A stretch of DNA of 64,000 bases, from the NCBI GenBank assembly GCA_964526295.1, contig CAZGKW010000012.1, forward strand, positions 30,643 to 94,642. The letters are read 5' to 3'. The position numbers were made by a program, and so were the translations under genes. The DNA comes from an uncultured Anaerolineales bacterium (GTDB lineage Bacteria > Planctomycetota > Phycisphaerae > FEN-1346). Each line of letters starts with the position of its first letter. Positions within the stretch are counted from its first letter, which is position 1. The notes under the pieces are model-generated. The model had not been told where the DNA came from. It saw only the letters and a list, made by a program, of their open reading frames with translations, and searched no databases. Of this stretch, positions 30,230 through 39,241 are shown one piece after another.

Positions 30230-32445
30230 CTACGGGACCTCGACGGGCTCGCTGTCGGGCCAATCGCTCGGCAGCTTCGCGCGTCCGGCGGCCGTGTCCG
30301 AGACCACCTTCAGGTCCTCGAACTTGTCGGCCCGGAGGACCACCGCCCGGATGAACACGAACAGCGTGGTCTCTCGTGTCTGCTTGGAGCGGCTGGAGAA
30401 CAGGTATTCGAGGATGGGGATATTGCCCAGGATGGGGAGCCGGTCGACCGACTCCAGAATGTCCTCCCTCGTCAGGCCGCCCACGACAATCGTGTGGCCG
30501 TCGGGAACCGTCGCCTCGCTGGTCAGCTTGTTCGTCTGGCGCGACGGCGGCAAGGTCTCCGAGACGTCCTCGCCGAAGCTGCTCAGCTCGATCTCGTATT
30601 CAAGCTTCAGGTGATCGCCTTCGCTGATCTGCGGCCGGACGCGAATGGTGGTGCCGGCCGAGACGAAGCCGCCCAGGCTGGTCGTGGCCACGGTGGTGGA
30701 GGCGTTGACGCTGGCGAAGGGCTCCTCGCCCTCGCTGGTCAGCTCGCCTTGGGCGTTGTCGTTGATCAGGACGCTGGGGCGGGCCACGACCTTGGCCCGG
30801 CTGTCGCTTTCGAGGGCCCGGATCACGACGTTGGCGATGTCGGCGCTCAGGAGGGCCCCGTTGAAGCCCAGGCCCGGCCGGAGGGTCAGCATGCCCGTCT
30901 CGGTGTCGACCTCGCTCAGGCCGAACGAGCTGAACGTCAGGACCGTCCCGTCGTCGTCGCCGACGTTCTCGGTGTTCGAGATCTCCACGCCGACCGAGTA
31001 CCCGTCGGTCGTATCGAGCAGCACGACGGTGGCCTCGACGAGGACCTGCGGCCGCCGCACGTCCAGCCGGCTGATCAGCCGCTCGTAGACGCGGTGGAGC
31101 GAAGGCTTCGCGACGACGATGATCGTGTTGGTGGCCTCGTCGGCCATGACGCGTGTGTTCTGGAGGCCGAGGGCGCCTTCGACGACGCCCGGCGAGGCGG
31201 CGCGGCCCTCGCCGGGGCCGGCGAGCGGGTTCGGCCGGGTCTCCATCGCCGGCCGGACCGGCAGGGGATAGGCCACGTCCTGCGGCTCGGCCGTTACCCC
31301 GTCGACGCTCACGCCCGTCAGGCCCGTCTCCCCTTCGATGCTTCGGAGGGTCTCCAGCACGTCGATGGCCTTGGCGTTCTGGAGCTTGTAGAACCGGATG
31401 GGGCTCTGGGAATCCTCCGGCGGCTGGTCGAGCGCCCCCCTGAGGGCCTCGACCTGCTCGTGGACCTCCGGGCCGGCGGTGACGATCAGCAGGTTCGCAT
31501 CGGCGTCGATGGCCGACTTGTACATCCGTTGGGCGGCCACCTCGCCGATCAGCTCACGGACCAGCCGGTCGACCTGTCCGGGCGAGGCCACGCTGAATCG
31601 ATAGATCTCCGTCTTGAAGCCGAGGGGCACGTCGAGCGACTCGATCATGGCGACCGCTTCGGCCACGGCGTCGGGCAGGCCGATGACCACGACCCGGTTC
31701 GTCCGCTCGTCCGCCAGGACGGTCAGGGCCGGCAGGGCCTTGTCGACGGCGCGTCCGGTGGCCTTGGCCCGGGCCTCGATCATCTCGGTCACTTTCTCGG
31801 CCATGGCCTCGGCTTCGAGCTGGCCGACCGGGACGAAGCGGGTGGCCGCCTCGCGGGCCGGGCGGTCCACGACCGCCACGAGGTCCTCGATCCGACCCAT
31901 GTTCGCCGCGTAGTCGGTCACGATAATGAGGCCGTGCTCCTCGACCTTCGTCAGGTCGGCCGAGGGGGCCGACAGGAACGGCCGGACCACCTGGTCGGCC
32001 CGCTGGGGGCTGGTGTGGCGGAGCTCGAAGACGCTTGTCACCGCCAGGCCGGGGGGGGCCCCGGCGGGGGGCCCCGGGCCGGCCGCAATCGAGGTGAGCT
32101 TCTGGGCCCCCTCGATCCGCATCATGCCCGGCACATCGGTCGGGGACATCACGAGGCCCTTCATCCGGAGGATGCTTCCGAGCAGCGTCAGCAGCGAGTC
32201 GGCCGGCACCTTCAGGGGGGCCTTCAGGGTGACGCGTTTGCCGGCGACCTGCTCGTCGTAGAGGAAGTTGATGCCCTGGCGATGGCCGACGTACTCGATG
32301 AGGACCTTGAGCTCCAGGTCCTCGGGGAAGTTGATGCTGACCCAGCCGGCCGGGGCGTTTGTCGGCCCGGCCGCACGGGTCCCGGACGCTGCCAGGCCGA
32401 CGACGGCGACCCAGGCCGCCATCCACACTCGATTCCGCGGATTCA
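30230..32445 (-). CDS. gspD: Outer-membrane secretin (GspD/PilQ family).
   Basis: Signal peptide MNPRNRVWMAAWVAVVGLAASG, N0-like domain, and a C-terminal secretin domain (VPDGHTIVVGGLTREDILESVDRLPILGNIPILEYLFSSRSKQTRETTLFVFIRAVVL). Confidence 0.9.
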
Positions 32446-32492
32446 TGACCACCCCTCGACGTTCGTGAAAAGGGGCCGCTCGGCCCCGGTCC

Positions 32493-34085
32493 CTAGCGAG
32501 TCCTCTGGGCGACGCGCTCGACCTTCTCCATGTATTCCTGAACGGCCTCGCGTGGCCGGACCTGCTGGGCCCGGCGAAGCAGGGGCAGGGCCTGGGCGTA
32601 CTTGCCCTCCCGGACGAGCAACTGGGCGTGGCGAAGCAGGGCATCCGCCTCAAACTCCTCGATGGCGGCGGCCTGCTGGAAGTAGAAGATCGCCTGGTCG
32701 GGGTCGCCGGTGTCGGCGTGGTACTGGCCGAGGCTGATGAGGGCCTCGCCGTCCAGGGGGTCGAGCTCGATGATCTCCTTCAGGGTCCGGGCGTGCTCCT
32801 CGCTCTTGTCCTCGACCAGGGCCACCCGGGCCTCCAGCTTGAGGAGTTCCTTGCGGGCCTCCTCGCTCAGGCGGTCGCCGTGGGTCCGCTGGATGCTCTC
32901 GACGAGCTGTCGCGTCTGTTCGGTGGCGCCGCGGGAGGCCAGCACCTTGGCGCCGCGGACGGCCCGGTCGGGCTTGTCCGCGGGCTTCTTCTCCATGGCG
33001 CGGATGTAGGACCGGACGGCGAGGTCGAAGAGGTCCTCATTGATGTAGATATCCCCCATCATATTGAGGGCGGCGGCATCGGCCTTGCCGAGACTGTCGG
33101 CGAACTCGTAGTTCTGGACGGCCTTGAGGGGCTCGTCGAGGCCGATGTAGGCGTTGGCCTGGAGCAGCCAGAGGTCGGCGTTGTCGGGGTAGTGCTCGAT
33201 GAGCTGGCCGCACAGGGCGGCGGCCTCGGCGAAACGGCGCTGCTGGAAGAAGCTCTGGGCCAGGCCCATCTTCCAGTCGAGCGTGGCCGGGTCGAGCAGG
33301 ACCGCCATGCGGTAGGCGGACTCGGCCGACAGGGGGTTGCCCACCGAGGCGTAGGCGTAGCCGAGCAGGCCGTACATGATGGCATCGCCGCCGCCCAGCT
33401 CGATGACCTTGGTCAGGGCGGGCAGGGCCTTCTCGAACTCGTTCAGGCGGACGTAGGCGACGCCGAGGTTCCGGTAGGCGCGGCGGAACTTGACGCCCGC
33501 CTTCGCGGCCTTCTCGATGGCCTCCTGGTAGATCGAGGCGGCCCGGTCGAGCCGGTCCCGCTCGAAGTAGATGTTGGCCAGCGTGAAGTCGATCACGGCG
33601 CTGGCCGCCTCGTTGCGGTTCCTCTGGAGCAGGCGGGTGGCCTCATCGCGGTTGTCGGCCCCCATCAGGTCGAGCACCTCCCGCATCAACGCCTGCTCTT
33701 CGGTCGTCAGCTTCGGCTCGACGTCGGTGTCGGCGGCATAGCTCTGGACGAAGTCCACCCGGAACGCCGGGTCGTTCCAGATCTGGAGCTCGACCTGCTC
33801 TCTGCCGGGCATCGGCACCGACGCGCCGGCGAACCGCATCTCGCGTTGCCGGTCGGCCTTCGAAGGGCCGGTCGGCCGCTGGCCGAGCTCTCGCTGCCCG
33901 AGCCCGGTGCAGCCGGCCAGCGTCCCGGCGGCCAGCGCCAGGGCCGCCGCCACCCGCCACGCAAGGACGAACCCGGACGGGGCGAGGGCCTCGCCGCCTC
34001 GACGGCCGCGGGCCGCCGGCGCGGGCCTCTCCGTCAGCGGGCCCTGGCGACCGGGCATTCTCGATATCCGCTCTGGCATGGTCAT
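32493..34085 (-). CDS. Large periplasmic TPR-repeat protein (TtpD-like partner of TonB2-type systems).
   Basis: The ATG overlaps the tonB stop (ATGA). About 10 TPR units (..AYRNLGVAYVRLNEFEKALPALTKVIEL..). Signal/TM FVLAWRVAAALALAAGTLAGCTG. Confidence 0.6.
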   Translation of the reverse strand: MTMPERISRMPGRQGPLTERPAPAARGRRGGEALAPSGFVLAWRVAAALALAAGTLAGCTGLGQRELGQRPTGPSKADRQREMRFAGASVPMPGREQVELQIWNDPAFRVDFVQSYAADTDVEPKLTTEEQALMREVLDLMGADNRDEATRLLQRNRNEAASAVIDFTLANIYFERDRLDRAASIYQEAIEKAAKAGVKFRRAYRNLGVAYVRLNEFEKALPALTKVIELGGGDAIMYGLLGYAYASVGNPLSAESAYRMAVLLDPATLDWKMGLAQSFFQQRRFAEAAALCGQLIEHYPDNADLWLLQANAYIGLDEPLKAVQNYEFADSLGKADAAALNMMGDIYINEDLFDLAVRSYIRAMEKKPADKPDRAVRGAKVLASRGATEQTRQLVESIQRTHGDRLSEEARKELLKLEARVALVEDKSEEHARTLKEIIELDPLDGEALISLGQYHADTGDPDQAIFYFQQAAAIEEFEADALLRHAQLLVREGKYAQALPLLRRAQQVRPREAVQEYMEKVERVAQRTR

Positions 34086-34768
34086 GACCGTTTCGGGAAG
34101 GTGATGGGGACCCGCATGCGTGTCTTGACGGGTTTGCCGCCCCGCTTGCCGGGCTCGAATTTCCATTGCTGCACGGCGCCCAGGGCCGGCTTCTCGAAGG
34201 CCGGGTGGCTCGACGTCTGGACGATCGGGTCCTCCACGCGGCCTCGTTCGTTGACGATGAAGATGACGACCACCTTGCCGGAAGTCTCGTTCAGCATCTT
34301 CCTCACCTGGCTGTTGAGGGTGGGCTGAGGCTGGTAGAGGACGCGGGGCTTCTGGTCGAGGTCGGCCAGGGAGAACAGCTCGTTGAGGTCGCCGGCCCCG
34401 GGGCCCACAGCGAACAGCTTGACGGCGAGCTCGGCGGCACCCAGGTTGCCCTCGCCGAACGCCGTGGGGTTCAGGACCAGCTCGAGCTGCTCGAGCGTCA
34501 GCGGCTGCGTCTTCTCCTCGAACTCCGGCGGCTGCTCCTGCGGCTCGGGCTCCTCCTCGGGCTCCTCTTCGGGAGGCGGCGGGGGCGAGGGCACCTCGCC
34601 GGTGTAAACGTCCCGGACGACCAGGTCGGATTCGGGCGGCCGGCTGATGGTCTGCATGAGCGGCAGCACGAGAAAGAACGCGAGCGTCAGTCCCGCAGCG
34701 CCCAGAAAGACCCACAGGCGGTGCAGGAGCCACCGCAAGACCGACGTTCGTTGTCTCGGTCTGGCCAT
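34082..34768 (-). CDS. tonB: TonB energy transducer.
   Basis: N-terminal TM (LWVFLGAAGLTLAFFLVLPL) and a Pro/Glu-rich spacer (PPPPPEEEPEEEPEPQEQPPEFEE). C-terminal TonB_C (..VVVIFIVNERGRVEDPIVQTSSHPAFEKPALGAVQQWKFEPGKRGGKPV). Confidence 0.85.
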   Translation of the reverse strand: MARPRQRTSVLRWLLHRLWVFLGAAGLTLAFFLVLPLMQTISRPPESDLVVRDVYTGEVPSPPPPPEEEPEEEPEPQEQPPEFEEKTQPLTLEQLELVLNPTAFGEGNLGAAELAVKLFAVGPGAGDLNELFSLADLDQKPRVLYQPQPTLNSQVRKMLNETSGKVVVIFIVNERGRVEDPIVQTSSHPAFEKPALGAVQQWKFEPGKRGGKPVKTRMRVPITFPKRS

Positions 34769-34778
34769 GGGCCGACGC

Positions 34779-35195
34779 TCAACTTTCCGTTCGCCGCGTG
34801 GCGACGCTGACCTTCGTCGCCCCGCCCAGCTTGGCCTGGTCGATGACGCGGACCAGGAGGCCGGACTGGACGGCCGGATCGGCCTGTACGATGACCGGCA
34901 TGTCGCGGTTGGCGAGCGTGTTCTCGACGAGCAACCGGACGCCGCCGATGGGGACTCGTCTGCCCTCGCAAAGCACCTCGCCCTGCTGAGTCATTTCGAT
35001 CAGGATGCTGGTTTTCTCGTCGCTTCGGGACGCACCCCCGGGCTGCGGCTTGTCGACCTGCACGCCGGACTCGTCCACGAACGCCGTCGTCACGATGAAG
35101 AAGATCAGGAGGATGAAGACGCAGTCCATGAGGGGAGAGATATCGACCGCGCCCTCGGTGCCCTCTTCGTCGGCGGTTTCTCGAAAACGTCTCAC
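34779..35195 (-). CDS. exbD: ExbD/TolR biopolymer transport protein.
   Basis: AVDISPLMDCVFILLIFFIVTTAFV is the ExbD signature. Confidence 0.85.
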   Translation of the reverse strand: MRRFRETADEEGTEGAVDISPLMDCVFILLIFFIVTTAFVDESGVQVDKPQPGGASRSDEKTSILIEMTQQGEVLCEGRRVPIGGVRLLVENTLANRDMPVIVQADPAVQSGLLVRVIDQAKLGGATKVSVATRRTES

Positions 35196-35216
35196 GTCGT
35201 CTCCTCGCGTCAGGCT

Positions 35217-35630
35217 TCAGCCCTGACCTGGCCGCGTCGCGATGCTGACTTTCGTGGCCTCGGCCAGCTTGGCCTCCTCGAGCACCCGGACCAGCACGCC
35301 GGAATGGGCGGCGGCGTCGGCCTGGATGATCACGGGGACCTGCTCCTTCCGGATGAGCCGCTTCACGAGCGGCTGGACCCCGCTGACGCCGATCTCGCGT
35401 CCCGCGTAGACCACCTCGCCCTTGGCGGTGACCGCGATGAGAATGCTGTTCTTCTCGAGGCGGACGCCGGACGCGGCCTGGGGCCGGTCGACCTCCACCC
35501 CGGTCTCCTCCACGAACGTCGTCGTCACGATGAAGAAGATCAGGAGGATGAAGACGCAGTCGAGCAAGGGAGAGATGTCGATCCCGCCCTCGCTGCTCTC
35601 ATCCATCGCCGCTTCGCGGAAGCGTCCCAT
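35217..35630 (-). CDS. exbD: ExbD/TolR paralog.
   Basis: GIDISPLLDCVFILLIFFIVTTTFV, a tandem duplicate of the downstream exbD. Confidence 0.85.
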   Translation of the reverse strand: MGRFREAAMDESSEGGIDISPLLDCVFILLIFFIVTTTFVEETGVEVDRPQAASGVRLEKNSILIAVTAKGEVVYAGREIGVSGVQPLVKRLIRKEQVPVIIQADAAAHSGVLVRVLEEAKLAEATKVSIATRPGQG

Positions 35631-35656
35631 GGGACTCCCCGTCGGTCACCTCGTTC

Positions 35657-35986
35657 TCAGGGGGCCGGCCGCTTTCCCGGCCCCTCGGCGCCTCGTCTCG
35701 CCCCTCCGGAGCGGATGGGCGGCCCCCAGCCATCACCGCCCGTGAGGGTATTGAACAGGGCATCGAGGTCGTCAAAGTCCAGGGGCCCGGTCTCGACCGG
35801 CCCAGGCGGGCGCCGCCGGCCCGGGTCGATGGTGCGCACCTCGAAGTCCGGCCCGGGCGGCTTCACGAGGGCCTTGGTCAGCAGCGGCGCGAGGAGGAAC
35901 AAGGCCGTCAGGCCCATCGCCCCCGCCACGACCGAGACGTTGTGCAGAAGCCGCCTTCTCGATGGACCCGCCTGGTGCGGTCCCAT
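35657..35986 (-). CDS. Small single-TM, Pro/Gly-rich protein inserted between exbB and exbD (unknown function).
   Basis: GGAGG RBS 6 nt upstream of the ATG. TM VSVVAGAMGLTALFLLAPLL. About 109 aa. Nested inside a longer GC-artifact ORF. Confidence 0.4.
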   Translation of the reverse strand: MGPHQAGPSRRRLLHNVSVVAGAMGLTALFLLAPLLTKALVKPPGPDFEVRTIDPGRRRPPGPVETGPLDFDDLDALFNTLTGGDGWGPPIRSGGARRGAEGPGKRPAP

Positions 35987-36036
35987 GGTTCGACCTCCAG
36001 GTCTTGCCGCCTCGGGCGGCCGCACGCGCCTCCGAT

Positions 36037-36675
36037 TCACGCCACCGCTCTGTGCCCGCGCGAATGCCCATGAAGCTTCTGTGCACAGACGGTCTCGAGG
36101 TGGGTCAGGAACGCCTTGTACCGTTCGTGCTTTCGGGTCAACTGGTACTGGAAGAAAAGGCCCGGCAAGGCGATGACCAGGCCCGTCTCGGTGGTGACCA
36201 GGGCCTCGGAGATGCCCTCGGCCACCAGGCCCATGGTCTTGTCGCCGCCGGAACCGGTGGCCAGGGCGGAGAAGGTGGCCAGCATCCCGGTGACGGTGCC
36301 CAGCAGGCCGAGAAGCGGGGCCCCGCCGACGCAGATCCGCATGACGCGGAGGTCCCGCTCGAACGGGGCAATCTCGGTGGTGCGAAGCTCCTCGAACACG
36401 GCGGCGCTTTCGCGGAGCGACCTGCCGCCCACCGCAAAGTCGAGCAGCTCGCCGATCGGGCCCTGCCGCTCCTCGGGATGGTCGATCCAGCGGCGCCAGG
36501 TCTTCTCCGGCACGGACTGGAACCCCTTCTCCTGGAGCTTCAGATGGACGTGCATCCCCATGGCGAACATGACGAGGGCCATCGCGGCGATGCCGATCAT
36601 GGCCCACCCCCCGGAGAGCCAGATGGCGTAGGCCTGGTGCCAGAGGGCCCTGAGATGTTCGAGGATCACGTCCAT
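36037..36675 (-). CDS. exbB: MotA/TolQ/ExbB proton channel (short form).
   Basis: Three TM helices and the MotA_ExbB core (ICVGGAPLLGLLGTVTGMLATFSALATGSGGDKTMGLVAEGISEALVTTETGLVIALPGLFF). An alternative start lies at 36720. Confidence 0.85.
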   Translation of the reverse strand: MDVILEHLRALWHQAYAIWLSGGWAMIGIAAMALVMFAMGMHVHLKLQEKGFQSVPEKTWRRWIDHPEERQGPIGELLDFAVGGRSLRESAAVFEELRTTEIAPFERDLRVMRICVGGAPLLGLLGTVTGMLATFSALATGSGGDKTMGLVAEGISEALVTTETGLVIALPGLFFQYQLTRKHERYKAFLTHLETVCAQKLHGHSRGHRAVA

Positions 36676-36760
36676 GTCGGTTATGCCTTTCCGGCCCCGC
36701 CCTTCGGGGCCGCGCCTCATCCGGTCAGCGGCGGCCGCGACACCGCCGGTCTCCGGTCGC

Positions 36761-38317
36761 CTATTCCGCGGTTCCGGGCCGGCTGTCGGACCAGCCCATC
36801 ATCTCCGGCTCGAGGGCCACGTCGTCGGCCAGCTCGTCGCCGGTCTCGTACTCGTGGCGGGGCCCCAGCGGGGTCTTGCTGACCTGGTTCGCGAGCGCGA
36901 CGGCGGCCTTCTCCATCTGGCTGACCAGACCGCGGGCCTTGCGCGAGAGGAACGCGTAGAGCAGCAGCGACGGGATGGCCACGATCAGGCCGAACTCGGT
37001 GGTGATCAGGGCCTCCGAGATGCCGCCCGAGAGGGTCTTCACGTCGCCTGAGCCGAACACCGTGATCAGCTTGAAGGTGTTGATGATGCCCGTGACGGTC
37101 CCGAGCAGCCCCAGCAGCGGGGCGGCCGAGGCGCTGATGGCGATGAACGGCAGGAGCCGGTTGAGCTTCAACCGCGTCGTCAACACCTTCTCGTACATGA
37201 CCTCTTCGATCAGCTCGCGGGGCTCGCGGAGCTGTTCGACGCCGGCGGCGAGCATCTGGCCGATCGGGCCCTTGATCGCCCGGACCTTCTCCCTGGCCTC
37301 CTGCTCGTCGCGGCGGGCGATGGCGTCGAGCAGCGCCCGGATGCGTTTCTGGGACGGCTTGCGGACCAGGCCCAGCCGCACCCACTTGTACAGGGCCACC
37401 AGGAAGGCCATTGCCGCCATGGCCAGAATGGGATACATGACCGGGCCGCCCTTGCTGATGTGCTCGACGAGCGACTCCTCGGTCTCCTCGATCTTGTGGG
37501 CATTGCCCAGCGTGGGGTCGAGGGGGAAGCGGCCCTCGCCCTGCTTGACGACCTGGGCGGCCGCCTCCGCGTCTTCGGGGTCGCCGAAGGCGATGATGGC
37601 CGGCTCGAGCGACCCGAGGCGTTGCTCGGCGGTCCCGACGTCCTGGCCGTCACTGGACCGGAACAGGGCGGCCGGGCCGACGAGAACGAAGGTCCCCTGC
37701 TTGACCACGCCGCCGGGGTCAACGGCCGTGCCGTCGAATCGGGCGCCGCTCAAGGCCTGGTGCAGCCGCTCGAGGGAGGCCTGGACCAGGGCGACCTGGG
37801 CCTCGTAGATCTCCTGCTGCGAGAGGTTGCTGTTGCCCGGGGCGTCGGAGGCGACCTGGAGGGTCTCGTCGTAGCGCTGGATTTCGGCGATGTGGAGGCG
37901 GGACTCGAAGTTCCGGACGTATTCCCCGAGCAGGTTCGACAGGTACGTCGCTTCCGCCTGGCGCGACTTGATCTCGCTCTGAAGGTTCGCCAAGTCGAAC
38001 GTCCGCCTGTCGAGCGTCCCGGCCGTCTGCTGAAAGTCCAGCCGGACTTTGACCAGCTCGGCTTCGAGCTCGCGGAGCTTCTTGTTGAGAGGGACCTGCT
38101 CCTTCTCGATCCGGTCGCGGAGGGCATCGAGCTCCGCGAGACTGTCCTTGAGGCGGTGCTGGATGCTGTCGGCGGCGGCGTTGAAGGCGTTCCCCTGGGG
38201 TGCCTCGGGAGGCGCGTCGGGCCCCGCCTCGGGCTGGGCGTTCGGTTCCTGGGCACCCGCCCCGGCCGGGCCGGCCAGGAGGAGGACCAGGACGAGCAGG
38301 GTCGTCGCCGTCTTCAT
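36761..38317 (-). CDS. Long-form MotA/TolQ/ExbB protein with a ~300 aa N-terminal periplasmic coiled-coil domain (TtpC-like).
   Basis: Signal peptide MKTATTLLVLVLLLAGPAGAGA and a long coiled coil. C-terminal MotA/ExbB core (LPFIAISASAAPLLGLLGTVTGIINTFKLITVFGSGDVKTLSGGISEALITTEFGLIVAIPSLLLY). Confidence 0.75.
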   Translation of the reverse strand: MKTATTLLVLVLLLAGPAGAGAQEPNAQPEAGPDAPPEAPQGNAFNAAADSIQHRLKDSLAELDALRDRIEKEQVPLNKKLRELEAELVKVRLDFQQTAGTLDRRTFDLANLQSEIKSRQAEATYLSNLLGEYVRNFESRLHIAEIQRYDETLQVASDAPGNSNLSQQEIYEAQVALVQASLERLHQALSGARFDGTAVDPGGVVKQGTFVLVGPAALFRSSDGQDVGTAEQRLGSLEPAIIAFGDPEDAEAAAQVVKQGEGRFPLDPTLGNAHKIEETEESLVEHISKGGPVMYPILAMAAMAFLVALYKWVRLGLVRKPSQKRIRALLDAIARRDEQEAREKVRAIKGPIGQMLAAGVEQLREPRELIEEVMYEKVLTTRLKLNRLLPFIAISASAAPLLGLLGTVTGIINTFKLITVFGSGDVKTLSGGISEALITTEFGLIVAIPSLLLYAFLSRKARGLVSQMEKAAVALANQVSKTPLGPRHEYETGDELADDVALEPEMMGWSDSRPGTAE

Positions 38318-38335
38318 GCCGGCCTCCCGCGCCGG

Positions 38336-39193
38336 TTACTGGACCTTGATCGGCAGCCTGACAAAGGATGCCACCTGTTCGTTCTTGAGGATGGCGACGG
38401 CCTGGGCGATCTGGGGAGCGGCCTCGTTGGCGGGGTCCCAAATCCACCCCTGGTCGGTGGCCCGACCGACGCCGGCCACGGTTCCGTTGGCCCCGACGTA
38501 GTAGGCCTGCCCGATGCCGACGTAAAGCGTCGTCACTTCCACGCGGGTCCCATCGGGGAGGGTCCGGAGCTCGCTGGTGAGGCTGATGCCGCGGTTGAAC
38601 TTGTTGACCTCGTTCAGGATGCCCACGACGTTCTGGAAGCGTTCGCCGAGGGACAGCTTGGTGTCCTGGGGGTCGTCGGGGAAACGCTGGCTCAGGGGCC
38701 TGACGCGTTCACGGACGGGGTCGGGCAGCCGCTTGAGCAGCTCCCTGGTCCGGGCCTCCATGGCGGCGATGCGTTGGGCGAGCGCGGCGGAGGCGGCCTT
38801 GAGCTTCTCGCTCTGCTCGACGAGCCCGGTCCGTTTCTCCTCGGCCTCGGCGATGCTCTCCTCGGCGGCGGCGATCTTCTCGCGGAGCGACCCGATCTCG
38901 CGCTGCACGAGGTCGATCCGCGCGTTGAGCATCTCGCGGGCCAGGGCCCAGTCGCTCCGCATCTTGGAGATGGTGCGGCGGGTATCGACCCATCGCTCGA
39001 GCGCTTCGCGGGTGGTGACCACCCCGTCCCGGGCGTCGATCGGCCCGGCCGGTCCGGCCGCCCCCGCGACGAGACAGGTGACCGAGGCCGCCAGCAGCGC
39101 GCCGGCGATTGCGGCATACCCACCGATGCGGCGTCGCGCCGGCCGTTTCGCCGCCGGGTGCCGACCGGTCCTCTCTTTTCGCGTCATTCTCAC
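38336..39193 (-). CDS. DUF3450-like periplasmic coiled-coil protein (TtpB-like component of TonB2-type clusters).
   Basis: N-terminal TM and a long coiled coil (LVQREIGSLREKIAAAEESIAEAEEKRTGLVEQSEKLKAASAALAQRIAAMEARTRELLKRL). C-terminal ..RVEVTTLYVGIGQAYYVGANGT.. It sits immediately upstream of the TtpC-like gene. Confidence 0.5.
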   Translation of the reverse strand: MRMTRKERTGRHPAAKRPARRRIGGYAAIAGALLAASVTCLVAGAAGPAGPIDARDGVVTTREALERWVDTRRTISKMRSDWALAREMLNARIDLVQREIGSLREKIAAAEESIAEAEEKRTGLVEQSEKLKAASAALAQRIAAMEARTRELLKRLPDPVRERVRPLSQRFPDDPQDTKLSLGERFQNVVGILNEVNKFNRGISLTSELRTLPDGTRVEVTTLYVGIGQAYYVGANGTVAGVGRATDQGWIWDPANEAAPQIAQAVAILKNEQVASFVRLPIKVQ

Positions 39194-39241
39194 CCGGCCC
39201 CTTTCGCCCCTCTCGGTTCGTCTTCTTCCGGCAGCCGTCGG

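Noticed and set aside
35657-36607. A 316-aa ORF spanning the exbB–exbD spacer.
   Set aside because: Only the last ~109 codons (from the ATG at 35986, which has a GGAGG RBS) are plausible. The upstream 200 codons overlap exbB out of frame and are Arg/Gly/Pro-rich artefact.
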